A DNA stretch of 32,000 nucleotides from Synechococcus sp. A15-24. Lineage in GTDB: Bacteria > Cyanobacteriota > Cyanobacteriia > PCC-6307 > Cyanobiaceae. A program made the position numbers and the translations under genes. Below, piece after piece: positions 16,568 through 24,560 of this stretch (its first letter is position 1; each line of letters opens with the position of its first letter). The notes under the pieces are model-generated. The model ran no database searches. It worked only from the letters and a program-made list of their open reading frames with translations, and was not told the DNA's origin. Where the stretch lies: the NCBI RefSeq assembly GCF_014280195.1, contig NZ_CP047960.1, positions 2,220,001 to 2,252,000 on the forward strand, read 5' to 3'.

Positions 16568-17608
16568 TCAACCACCGAGATAAGCCATTTCGGCATGGGG
16601 CATGGAACCGGTCATCCGCTGGCGCTCCTCGCTGTAACGGTCGTCACGGCGCCGCCAGAGATCAGCAACCAGCCGCAGCAATTCCGCCTCACAGTGCAGA
16701 GCGGGTTTCAGATCAGTCCCCACCGACGCGAAGAGGCAGCGGAACGCCTGTCCATTAGCTGTGACCCGCAGTCGATTGCAATCGCCGCAAAATGGCTCGC
16801 TGATCGAGGCGATCACGCCGAGATGTCCACCACCATCGACGTAACGCCAACGCTGAGCTGTTCCGCCGGTGGGTCGGCCAACTGCCTGAAGCGGCCACCG
16901 TGCCCTGATCCGCGTCACCATCTCCGCCGCTGACAGCACCTGATCCGGCCTCCACTGATTGCGGTTGCCTACATCCATGTACTCAATCAGGCGCAATTCC
17001 ACACCTTGATCACGAGCCAGATCCGCCAGAGGCAGAAGCTGATCCTCATTCACCCCCCGTTGGATCACGGCATTGAGCTTGAGTTCCCCCGCCAAAGGGT
17101 CAAAACCAGCGGAACGAGCCGAAGCCAATCCACCGAGCACCTTCTGCACCAATGACTCCCCCGCTGTGGCAGTTGGTCGTCCTGCCATCCGCGCCACCAC
17201 TGCCCCATCCACGCCATCAAGGCTCACGGTGATGCGATCCAAACCGGCCTGCCTGAGCTCGCGAGCTCGCTGGTCGCTCAGCAAGGTCCCATTGGTGGTG
17301 AGGGCCACCTGCTGAAGACCCTGGAGTGGATCGCCAGGCGTTGCCCGTGCTGCCGCGATTGCCTGCAACAGGGGGAGAAGCCGAGCACTGAGCAACGGCT
17401 CGCCACCGGTGAGCCGCAGGGTGTGAATCCCCAGCCGGCAGGCAACACGAATCAGGCACAGCTGCTGCTCGAGCCTGAGCAAATCCGGCGGATCCTCAAG
17501 ATCCGGACAGCAGTAAGGACAGGCCAGGTTGCAGCGGGCCGTCAACGACAACCGAAGCACTCTCAAAGGCCGCGACCGCTGATCGACAAGCGCTGAAGCT
17601 GGTGTCAT
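16568..17608 (-). CDS. moaA: GTP 3',8-cyclase MoaA (radical SAM)
   Basis: MTPASALVDQRSRPLRVLRLSLTARCNLACPYCCP... contains the CxxxCxxC cluster motif, and the protein ends in the MoaA-typical GG tail. The ATG at 17608 overlaps the mobA stop (ATGA). The track's 17710 start lies inside mobA. Confidence 0.9.
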   Translation of the reverse strand: MTPASALVDQRSRPLRVLRLSLTARCNLACPYCCPDLEDPPDLLRLEQQLCLIRVACRLGIHTLRLTGGEPLLSARLLPLLQAIAAARATPGDPLQGLQQVALTTNGTLLSDQRARELRQAGLDRITVSLDGVDGAVVARMAGRPTATAGESLVQKVLGGLASARSAGFDPLAGELKLNAVIQRGVNEDQLLPLADLARDQGVELRLIEYMDVGNRNQWRPDQVLSAAEMVTRIRARWPLQAVGRPTGGTAQRWRYVDGGGHLGVIASISEPFCGDCNRLRVTANGQAFRCLFASVGTDLKPALHCEAELLRLVADLWRRRDDRYSEERQRMTGSMPHAEMAYLGG

Positions 17609-18180
17609 GCCATCAACGCTGCCAGATCCTCCGGACGGTTGGCATTCAGCAAGGCCTGAGACGGCAGCACCACCGGCCGATGGGGCACCGACGCCAACCA
17701 AGCCATCCAACGCCGTTCACCGCGGGCCAACTGCTCAGCGAGCCTGGTTTGAAACGGTTCTCCCGTTGGAATCACCGCCAGCAATGGCTGCAGGCGCTTC
17801 CCATCCTGGGCAACGGCGATCTGATCAGGCTTCTCATACCAGGCGTTGATCAACTGCTGAAGAACAGCAGCGCTGAGCCGAGGCATGTCGACTGGCAGCA
17901 CCAGCAGAGCTTCAGCAGGGATGCCAGGCAACACGCGGCCGAGAGCCTGAAGCGGCCCCTGCCAGGGCGGTGGCTCCTGCACAACGGTAACGCCGGGGCG
18001 ACCAGCCAGTTGATCCCCATGGGCTGGATGACGGCTGACCACCTGCAACGGCAAGCCGAGAAGTCTCACCTGATCCACCAGGGCGGTTAGCCAGAGCCCT
18101 CCACTGGGGTGCGGCAGCAGAGCTTTGTCCTGACCCATGCGCTGGCTCTCTCCACCGCTGAACAAGCAGGCACACAACAT
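17605..18180 (-). CDS. mobA: Molybdenum cofactor guanylyltransferase MobA
   Basis: MLCACLFSGGESQRMGQDKALLPH... contains the LxGGxSxRMGxDK motif. Alternative starts are at 18207 and 18246. Confidence 0.8.
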   Translation of the reverse strand: MLCACLFSGGESQRMGQDKALLPHPSGGLWLTALVDQVRLLGLPLQVVSRHPAHGDQLAGRPGVTVVQEPPPWQGPLQALGRVLPGIPAEALLVLPVDMPRLSAAVLQQLINAWYEKPDQIAVAQDGKRLQPLLAVIPTGEPFQTRLAEQLARGERRWMAWLASVPHRPVVLPSQALLNANRPEDLAALMA

Positions 18181-18333
18181 CAACGCGCACCGATCTCCAG
18201 CATCCATAGATTCCACTCCAGCAAAACCCATTCCCCGCGGTGACAACCGCTACCAAGCAAAAACTGAACGCGGATGCTGATCAATCGGATAAGCCCAAGC
18301 GATGTTCCGCTGATCACACAAACCCCTCCATTG

Positions 18334-18347
18334 GTAGCAATTCCAAC
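18334..18347 (+). promoter_or_regulatory. NtcA-like site GTAGCAATTCCAAC (GTA-N8-AAC) upstream of nrtP
   Basis: Lies in the mobA/nrtP divergent region, ~125 nt upstream of the nrtP ATG. A weak -10-like TTAACT starts 22 nt downstream (18370-18375). A second GTG-N8-TAC (GTGACAACCGCTAC) sits at 18240-18253. Confidence 0.35.
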
Positions 18348-18464
18348 GAAGTCGTTCCCTGTTGATTGATTAACTGCCCGAGTTAACGGATTTTTTTCGA
18401 CCGTTTCGCCACCCCCGGGCACCCTTTCGTTTTGAAGCCCGCGGTTTCAACATTTCTCCTCTCA

Positions 18465-20006
18465 ATGCTTGGCGACCTCTGGTCGTTCCAGGGCAGGTAC
18501 CGAACCCTTCACCTCACCTGGATCGCCTTCTTCCTGACCTTTGTGGTCTGGTTCAATCTGGCCCCTCTGGCCACCACCGTGAAAGCAGACCTGGGACTGA
18601 CCGTTGGTCAGATCCGGACCGTGGCCATCTGCAACGTGGCCCTCACCATTCCTGCTCGCGTGCTGATCGGCATGCTGCTGGACAAGTTCGGACCCCGGAT
18701 CACCTACTCCTCGATCCTGGTTTTCTCAGCGATTCCTTGCCTGCTGTTTGCCTCCGCTCAGGACTTCAATCAGCTGGTGGTGGCCCGTCTGCTGCTCTCC
18801 ATCGTTGGCGCCGGCTTCGTGATCGGCATCCGCATGGTGGCCGAGTGGTTCCCGCCCAAGGAAATCGGCCTGGCTGAAGGTATCTATGGCGGCTGGGGCA
18901 ACTTCGGCTCCGCCTTCTCCGCTCTCACGATGGTGGCCCTCGCTGGCTTCCTCTCCTTCTCCGGCGGTTTCGAACTGCCCACCGGCGCTGTTCTGAACTG
19001 GCGAGGTGCCATCGCCCTCACTGGCATCGTCTCCGCCGTTTACGGCTTTTTCTACTTCTTCAACGTCACCGACACCCCCCCCGGCAAGACGTATCAGCGC
19101 CCTGAGAAAACCGCAGGCCTGGAAGTCACCTCCATGCGCGACTTCTGGGGTCTACTCGGCATGAACGTGCCCTTCGCAGCCATCCTCTGCGTGCTCTGCT
19201 GGCGTCTCGGCAAGGTGGGCTTCCTTACTTCGTCCACCTACCCACTGGCTCTCGGGGCTGTTGCCGTCTGGTTTGCTTTCCAGACCTGGGGAATCATTCG
19301 CACCAACCGCGACCTGATCCTCGGCAACAAGGTCTACCCCAAGGAAGACCGCTACGAGTTCCGCCAGGTGGCGATCCTCGAGCTCACCTACATCGTGAAC
19401 TTCGGCTCCGAACTGGCCGTGGTTTCGATGCTGCCCACCTTCTTTGAAACCACCTTCGATCTGCCGAAGGCCACCGCCGGAATCCTGGCCTCCTGCTTCG
19501 CTTTCGTGAACCTGGTCGCCCGCCCTGCCGGTGGTCTGATCTCCGACCGCGTCGGCAGCCGCAAGAACACCATGGGCTTCCTCACCGCCGGTCTCGGCGT
19601 GGGCTATCTGGTGATGAGCATGATCAAGCCGGGCACCTTCACCGGCTCCACCGGCATCGCAGTTGCTGTGGTGATCACCATGCTCGCCTCCTTCTTCGTG
19701 CAGTCCGGAGAAGGCGCCACCTTCGCGCTGGTGCCCCTGGTCAAACGTCGTGTCACCGGTCAGGTGGCCGGCCTGGTGGGTGCCTACGGCAACGTTGGTG
19801 CTGTGACCTACCTGACCATCTTCAGCCTCCTGCCGATGTGGATAGGCGGCGGCGGCGAACCCACCCCCGAGGTGATCGCGGCTTCCAACAGCGCCTTCTT
19901 CCAGATCCTGGGCGTGGCCGGTCTGATCGTGGCCTTCTTCTGCTTCTTCTTCCTCAAGGAACCAAAGGGATCCTTCGCGGAACTGCATGAAGGCGAAACC
20001 GCCTGA
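18465..20006 (+). CDS. nrtP: MFS nitrate/nitrite permease NrtP (NapA)
   Basis: MLGDLWSFQGRYRTLHLTWIAFFLTFVVWFNLAPL... is a 12-TM MFS NNP-family sequence located immediately upstream of narB. The track's TTG at 18432 adds 11 residues. Confidence 0.9.
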   Translation: MLGDLWSFQGRYRTLHLTWIAFFLTFVVWFNLAPLATTVKADLGLTVGQIRTVAICNVALTIPARVLIGMLLDKFGPRITYSSILVFSAIPCLLFASAQDFNQLVVARLLLSIVGAGFVIGIRMVAEWFPPKEIGLAEGIYGGWGNFGSAFSALTMVALAGFLSFSGGFELPTGAVLNWRGAIALTGIVSAVYGFFYFFNVTDTPPGKTYQRPEKTAGLEVTSMRDFWGLLGMNVPFAAILCVLCWRLGKVGFLTSSTYPLALGAVAVWFAFQTWGIIRTNRDLILGNKVYPKEDRYEFRQVAILELTYIVNFGSELAVVSMLPTFFETTFDLPKATAGILASCFAFVNLVARPAGGLISDRVGSRKNTMGFLTAGLGVGYLVMSMIKPGTFTGSTGIAVAVVITMLASFFVQSGEGATFALVPLVKRRVTGQVAGLVGAYGNVGAVTYLTIFSLLPMWIGGGGEPTPEVIAASNSAFFQILGVAGLIVAFFCFFFLKEPKGSFAELHEGETA

Positions 20007-20043
20007 TCGTGGTGTCCACGCAGCGCAGTGGTGCTGCATCACG

Positions 20044-20077
20044 GCCCGGAGCTTTGGCTTCGGGCTTTTCTCTTTCG
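20044..20077 (+). terminator. Hairpin plus T-tract between nrtP and narB (intrinsic terminator or attenuator)
   Basis: GCCCGGAGC-TTTG-GCTTCGGGC forms a 9-bp stem (one G-U pair) with a tetraloop, followed by TTTTCTCTTTCG. It starts 38 nt after the nrtP stop and ends 10 nt before the narB ATG. Confidence 0.5.
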
Positions 20078-20086
20078 TAAGCCCTG

Positions 20087-22318
20087 ATGTCTGACGGCCC
20101 CCGCAGTGTTCGCAGCCAGTGCCCCTACTGCGGTGTGGGCTGCGGTCTTGAGCTGCTGCCTCCGGCCGTGAAGGGTCAAGCCGTAAAGCGGGATGCAGAA
20201 GGCAACCCGATGTGGACCGCCCGCGGCGACCGGAAGCACCCCTCCAGCCTTGGCCAGGTGTGCATCAAGGGGGCCACCGTCGGCGAGACCCTGGCCAGGG
20301 GTCGACTGCGACAACCGTTGTTCCGCAGCAAGCTCACGGACGACTTTGCACCGATCAGCTGGGACGACGCCCTCGACAAAATCACCCGACAGATCAAGGC
20401 GAGCGTGGCCCGCCGCGGCAATGCCGATGGCATCGCCATGTACGGCTCCGGGCAGTTCCACACCGAGGATTACTACCTGGCCCAGAAACTGCTGAAAGGC
20501 GCCCTGGGCACCAACAATTTCGATGCCAACTCGCGGCTGTGCATGAGCTCAGCGGTGGCCGGCTACACCCGGAGCCTGGGTTCCGATGGCCCCCCCTGCA
20601 GCTACGACGATCTGGATCACTGCACGGTGGCCTTTCTGATCGGCACCAACACCGCCGAATGCCACCCGGTGCTGTTCCAGCGGCTGCTGAAGCGGAAACA
20701 CAAGAACCCCGGCAGCGTCAAGATCGTGGTGGTGGACCCACGCCGCACCGACACCGCCAAAGCGGCTGATATTCACTTGCCGATTGCACCCGGCAGCGAC
20801 CTTGCCCTGCTGCATGGCATCGCCCACCTGGTGCTGCGGGACAACGGCCAGGATCCGGTCTTCATCGACGACCACACCGAGAACTACGACGCGTTCTTCG
20901 ACGTGGCCGCCCGCTGGACCCCCAGGCGAGTTGCCCTGTTCTGCAACATCCCCGAGAAACGTCTGCGGGACGTGGCGGCTCTGTTTCACCGGCGCCAAAA
21001 GGTGCTGAGTTTGTGGTCGATGGGGGTGAACCAGCGCCGAGAAGGAACGGCCGTGGTGCAAGGCCTGATCAATCTGCATCTGCTCACCGGCCAGATCGGC
21101 AAAGAAGGGGCAGGTCCCTTCTCCCTGACCGGCCAACCCAATGCCATGGGCGGCCGCGAAGCCGGAGGCCTGGCACACCTGCTGCCGGGCTATCGCTTGG
21201 TGGCCAACCCTGAGCACCGCGCCGAGATGGAACAGGCCTGGCAGCTCCCGGCTGGCCAAATCGCCGGCAAGCCTGGACTTGCCGCGTGGCAGCAGGTGGA
21301 AGCGATGGAACGCGGTGACCTTGATCTCTGGTGGGTGGCGGCCACCAACCCGCTGGTGAGCATGCCGGACCTGGATCGGGTCAAACAGGCCATGGGCAAC
21401 TGCCCGTTGGTGGTGGTGAGCGAGGCCTACGCCGATTCAGAAACGTCCCACTACGCCCACCTGCTGCTGCCAGCCGCCCAATGGAGTGAGAAGGCCGGCA
21501 CCATGACCAATTCCGAGCGGCGTGTGACCTTCTGTCCTGCCTACCGCCTTCGCTTCGGGGAAAGTCGTCCGGACTGGGAGGTGTTCGCGGACGTGGGTCG
21601 CCGGTTGGGTTACACCGAGCAGTTCCGCTTCGATTCGGCTGCCGAGGTGTACGCCGAATTCACCCGACTCACCCAGGGACGCCTCTGTGACGTCAGTGGC
21701 CTCAGCCACGAACTGCTCGAGCAAGCGGGGCCTCAGCAATGGCCGTATCCCATGGGCAGCATCCCCAACACAGCAGCCAAACGCCTCTACGAAAACCATC
21801 AGTTCGCGACCCCCAGCGGACGGGCCCGTTTCAGCACCGACCAGCCTTTAGGCCTGGCAGAACCCCCCTGCGACACCTACCCATTGGTGCTGACCGTCGG
21901 TCGATACCTGGGGCAGTGGCACACGATGACCCGGACCGGGAAAGTGGAGCGGCTGATGAAACAGCACCCTGAGCCATTGCTGGAGATTCATCCAAGCGAT
22001 GCCCAGGAACTACAACTGCGCAACGGCGAGCTGGCTGCGGTCAGCTCACGCCGCGGCCACCTTACGGCCACGGTGAAGGTCACCGATCGCATCCGCTGCG
22101 GAACTGTGTTCCTACCGATGCACTGGGGATTCACTCAGGAGAAGGCTTGCGAAGCCAACACGCTGATGCATGACGATGCCTGCCCGGTGTCCAAGCAACC
22201 GGAACTGAAAGCCTGCGCTGTGATCGTGGCGCCGGCGGTCTCCGTGGTGAAACCGGTGGAGCAGGAGAAAGGACACCTGGAGGCACTGCGGCGCCTGCTC
22301 ACCCCAGCACTTCGCTGA
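20087..22318 (+). CDS. narB: Assimilatory (ferredoxin-dependent) nitrate reductase NarB, molybdopterin oxidoreductase
   Basis: 743 aa. The N-terminal CPYCGVGCGLE is a 4Fe-4S motif. Has MopB-family sequence throughout and a C-terminal molybdopterin dinucleotide-binding region (...GTVFLPMHWG...). Confidence 0.93.
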   Translation: MSDGPRSVRSQCPYCGVGCGLELLPPAVKGQAVKRDAEGNPMWTARGDRKHPSSLGQVCIKGATVGETLARGRLRQPLFRSKLTDDFAPISWDDALDKITRQIKASVARRGNADGIAMYGSGQFHTEDYYLAQKLLKGALGTNNFDANSRLCMSSAVAGYTRSLGSDGPPCSYDDLDHCTVAFLIGTNTAECHPVLFQRLLKRKHKNPGSVKIVVVDPRRTDTAKAADIHLPIAPGSDLALLHGIAHLVLRDNGQDPVFIDDHTENYDAFFDVAARWTPRRVALFCNIPEKRLRDVAALFHRRQKVLSLWSMGVNQRREGTAVVQGLINLHLLTGQIGKEGAGPFSLTGQPNAMGGREAGGLAHLLPGYRLVANPEHRAEMEQAWQLPAGQIAGKPGLAAWQQVEAMERGDLDLWWVAATNPLVSMPDLDRVKQAMGNCPLVVVSEAYADSETSHYAHLLLPAAQWSEKAGTMTNSERRVTFCPAYRLRFGESRPDWEVFADVGRRLGYTEQFRFDSAAEVYAEFTRLTQGRLCDVSGLSHELLEQAGPQQWPYPMGSIPNTAAKRLYENHQFATPSGRARFSTDQPLGLAEPPCDTYPLVLTVGRYLGQWHTMTRTGKVERLMKQHPEPLLEIHPSDAQELQLRNGELAAVSSRRGHLTATVKVTDRIRCGTVFLPMHWGFTQEKACEANTLMHDDACPVSKQPELKACAVIVAPAVSVVKPVEQEKGHLEALRRLLTPALR

Positions 22319-22766
22319 AGGCAGCATCCAGATTGTGGTGGTCATGACCCGGCCGCACCAGCTTGCACAGAGCGAAACGATCCAGCTCAGTGACCTGGGC
22401 CCATTGCTCAGGCGTCAACTCCACACCCCGGGCCACCGCAGCGCTGTGAATCTCTGCCGGTAAAACGGACTGCTGCTGCCAGGCTGCGTCCACAGCCGGC
22501 GGCAAATCCTTCACCACACCATCAGCCATCCCCTCGGTGAGATCCCGCAGGTGCTTCCGGAGTTGATCGAGCGCATTTGCAGCGTCCGACCAATCCACCA
22601 GCTCTTGCCGCTGGTTCTGCGTGAGTGCCAACCAGTGGCTGAGCTTGAGCTTCACACCGGCCAGATCCAACTTGCGGCGCACGCAAAGGGGAATGCAACG
22701 CCAGGTGCCGATGAAATCCTGCTCGAAAGCAAAACAATGGCTGGATGAATCAGAGGTGCTGGCCAT
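22299..22766 (-). CDS. narM: Nitrate reductase-associated protein (likely NarM-like)
   Basis: MASTSDSSSHCFAFEQDFIGTWRCIPLCVRRKLDLAGVKLKLSHWLAL... matches the small 'nitrate reductase associated' family found beside cyanobacterial narB. The ATG at 22766 follows the track's TTG. Its 3' end overlaps the narB 3' end by 20 nt. Confidence 0.6.
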   Translation of the reverse strand: MASTSDSSSHCFAFEQDFIGTWRCIPLCVRRKLDLAGVKLKLSHWLALTQNQRQELVDWSDAANALDQLRKHLRDLTEGMADGVVKDLPPAVDAAWQQQSVLPAEIHSAAVARGVELTPEQWAQVTELDRFALCKLVRPGHDHHNLDAAFSEVLG

Positions 22767-23041
22767 CAACGAAGCCGGCGAACGGTGTCAATGATGACAA
22801 CGACCAATCAGGAAATCAGAGATGTTCACCTCGTTACACATCCACGTCCGTGCGATTCGCCCTCTCCCTCGGAATGTTGCTTGGCATGTCCCACGGTTGG
22901 GTGACGGCTGAGGGCCAAGCAAACGACAATTCAGGCCTTGCAGTCGTAAGAACCGTTAAATCGACGACAAGTTTTTCTCCATTCAGTAGCGGTCAACACC
23001 AATTTTTTCCATACTGAAGATCAATACGAGAGTTTTGAGTT

Positions 23042-23350
23042 TTGACCAACAGCATCATCTCCGCTGGTCGCAGCCCGATCACCCTGGCCGCCGGCTTTCT
23101 CGGAGCCTTCATCGTTGGCTCCCTGGCCGTCCAGCTGGTGCGCAGCCAAACCGCCACCATGTCATCGGGCGTCGCCGCTGTGGAGCCGGTGATCGCGGGC
23201 CACGCTGCCCTCTGGGCTCCTTTGGCTGAGCGTGACATCGTCAGCGCCAACACAGGCGCAACGGCCCAACCGGCTGCTGCCATCCAACCCGCCGTTAAGC
23301 CGGTTGTCGGCTCCGAGGCCACCCTCTGGGCCCCCTTCGGCGAGCGTTAA
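23042..23350 (+). CDS. Hypothetical membrane-anchored protein with duplicated LWAPxxER motif
   Basis: TTG start. (M)TNSIISAGRSPITLAAGFLGAFIVGSLAVQLVRSQ... forms one TM helix, followed by ...HAALWAPLAERD... and a C-terminal ...EATLWAPFGER. Third-codon positions are strongly G/C from 23042 onward, which supports coding. I recognised no family. Confidence 0.45.
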   Translation: MTNSIISAGRSPITLAAGFLGAFIVGSLAVQLVRSQTATMSSGVAAVEPVIAGHAALWAPLAERDIVSANTGATAQPAAAIQPAVKPVVGSEATLWAPFGER

Positions 23351-23388
23351 TCTCACAGCCCATCAGCCGGCCCACATAGGGTGCCGGC

Positions 23389-24087
23389 ATGGGGATTCAG
23401 CGGCGTCAATTCCTCCAAACAACGGGCGGTCTGGCCTTGGCCGCCCTGATGCGTGTCCAGCCTGTTGAGGCGGCAGAGGAGGGGTTCTGCGTCCCGGAGG
23501 ATCCACTCCAGGCCCTGATGGCGGGGAACCGCCGGTTTGCCGAGGCCTGGCAACGGGCCGACCAGGAGAACAAAACGACACTCCGAGCGGCGAATCCCGA
23601 CCCGCGCTGCTTCCACTCCCCTAGGGCTTTGGCCACCAGCCAAAATCCCTGGGCCACGGTGCTCACCTGCTCTGATTCACGGGTGTCGCCGAGCTGGGTG
23701 TTCGACACCACCCCTGGCGAGCTGTTCGTGATCCGCAACGCCGGCAACACCGCCTTCACCGAAGCCATTGCCTCCGTTGAATACAGCGTCAGCGTTCTCA
23801 AAACGCCGCTGCTGATGGTGATGGGACACAGCGGCTGCGGAGCCGTCACCGCAGCGATGGGCACCAATCCGCTGACCCCTTCCCTGGACCGGCTGATCCA
23901 ACCCATCCGGGAGAACATCAGCGGCAGCAGCGATCTGGAAGAAGCGGTGAAGCGCAACGCCCTGGCCAGCGCCTCCACGTTGGTTCAACGCAGCGCCGTT
24001 CTGGCCGACGCCAAAACCAGCGGTGCGCTGAAACTGGTGGTGGGTTGCTTCCAACTCAACAGCGGTGTTGTCACCTTGATCGAATGA
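23389..24087 (+). CDS. Beta-class carbonic anhydrase with twin-arginine (Tat) signal peptide
   Basis: [28 protein letters not shown]|AEE has an RRxFLx Tat motif, a hydrophobic core and a VEA-A cleavage site. The beta-CA zinc motifs CSDSR ([10 protein letters not shown]) and HxxC (GHSGCGAV) are present. Confidence 0.85.
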   Translation: MGIQRRQFLQTTGGLALAALMRVQPVEAAEEGFCVPEDPLQALMAGNRRFAEAWQRADQENKTTLRAANPDPRCFHSPRALATSQNPWATVLTCSDSRVSPSWVFDTTPGELFVIRNAGNTAFTEAIASVEYSVSVLKTPLLMVMGHSGCGAVTAAMGTNPLTPSLDRLIQPIRENISGSSDLEEAVKRNALASASTLVQRSAVLADAKTSGALKLVVGCFQLNSGVVTLIE

Positions 24088-24560
24088 CGCAAAACCTGAG
24101 TCATCTGAACCAGCAAGGCGAGGTTCACATGGTGGATGTGGGGGACCGTCCGGCGACCCAGCGCGAAGCCCATGCCCGTGGAGCCATTCGCATGGACGCC
24201 TCAACCCTCAGCCTGATCCAGCGGGGCGAGACACCAAAAGGAGATCTTCTCGCGGTCGCACGGGTGGCAGCGATCCAGGCGGCCAAACGCACCTGGGAAC
24301 TGATTCCCCTGTGCCATCCCCTGCCACTCAGTGGCATGGATGTGACGATCGACGCCGACGCATCGCTGCCTGGCCTGGTCGTCCACTGTCGTTGTCGCAC
24401 CACAGGCCAGACCGGGGTGGAAATGGAAGCGATGACGGCGGTGTCTGTGGGGCTGCTGACCCTTTACGACATGCTCAAGGCGGTCGATCCACCCATGACG
24501 ATCGAGGCGATCCAGCTGGAGTTCAAGGAAGGAGGGCGGAACGGTGTCTGGAAGCGCTGA
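24084..24560 (+). CDS. moaC: Cyclic pyranopterin monophosphate synthase MoaC
   Basis: [33 protein letters not shown]...IPLCHPL...[11 protein letters not shown]... The ATG at 24084 overlaps the CA stop (ATGA). The track's 24045 start lies inside the CA gene. Confidence 0.9.
   Translation: MTQNLSHLNQQGEVHMVDVGDRPATQREAHARGAIRMDASTLSLIQRGETPKGDLLAVARVAAIQAAKRTWELIPLCHPLPLSGMDVTIDADASLPGLVVHCRCRTTGQTGVEMEAMTAVSVGLLTLYDMLKAVDPPMTIEAIQLEFKEGGRNGVWKR

Noticed and set aside
18368-18400. TTAAC-tgcccga-GTTAA hairpin plus T7 run in the nrtP leader, as a possible attenuator or riboswitch terminator (I also considered a Moco riboswitch in 18247-18431)
   Set aside because: The stem is only 5 AT-rich bp. 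I cannot recognise the Moco-motif consensus by eye. A covariance-model search (Rfam Moco_RNA_motif) would be needed before claiming anything.
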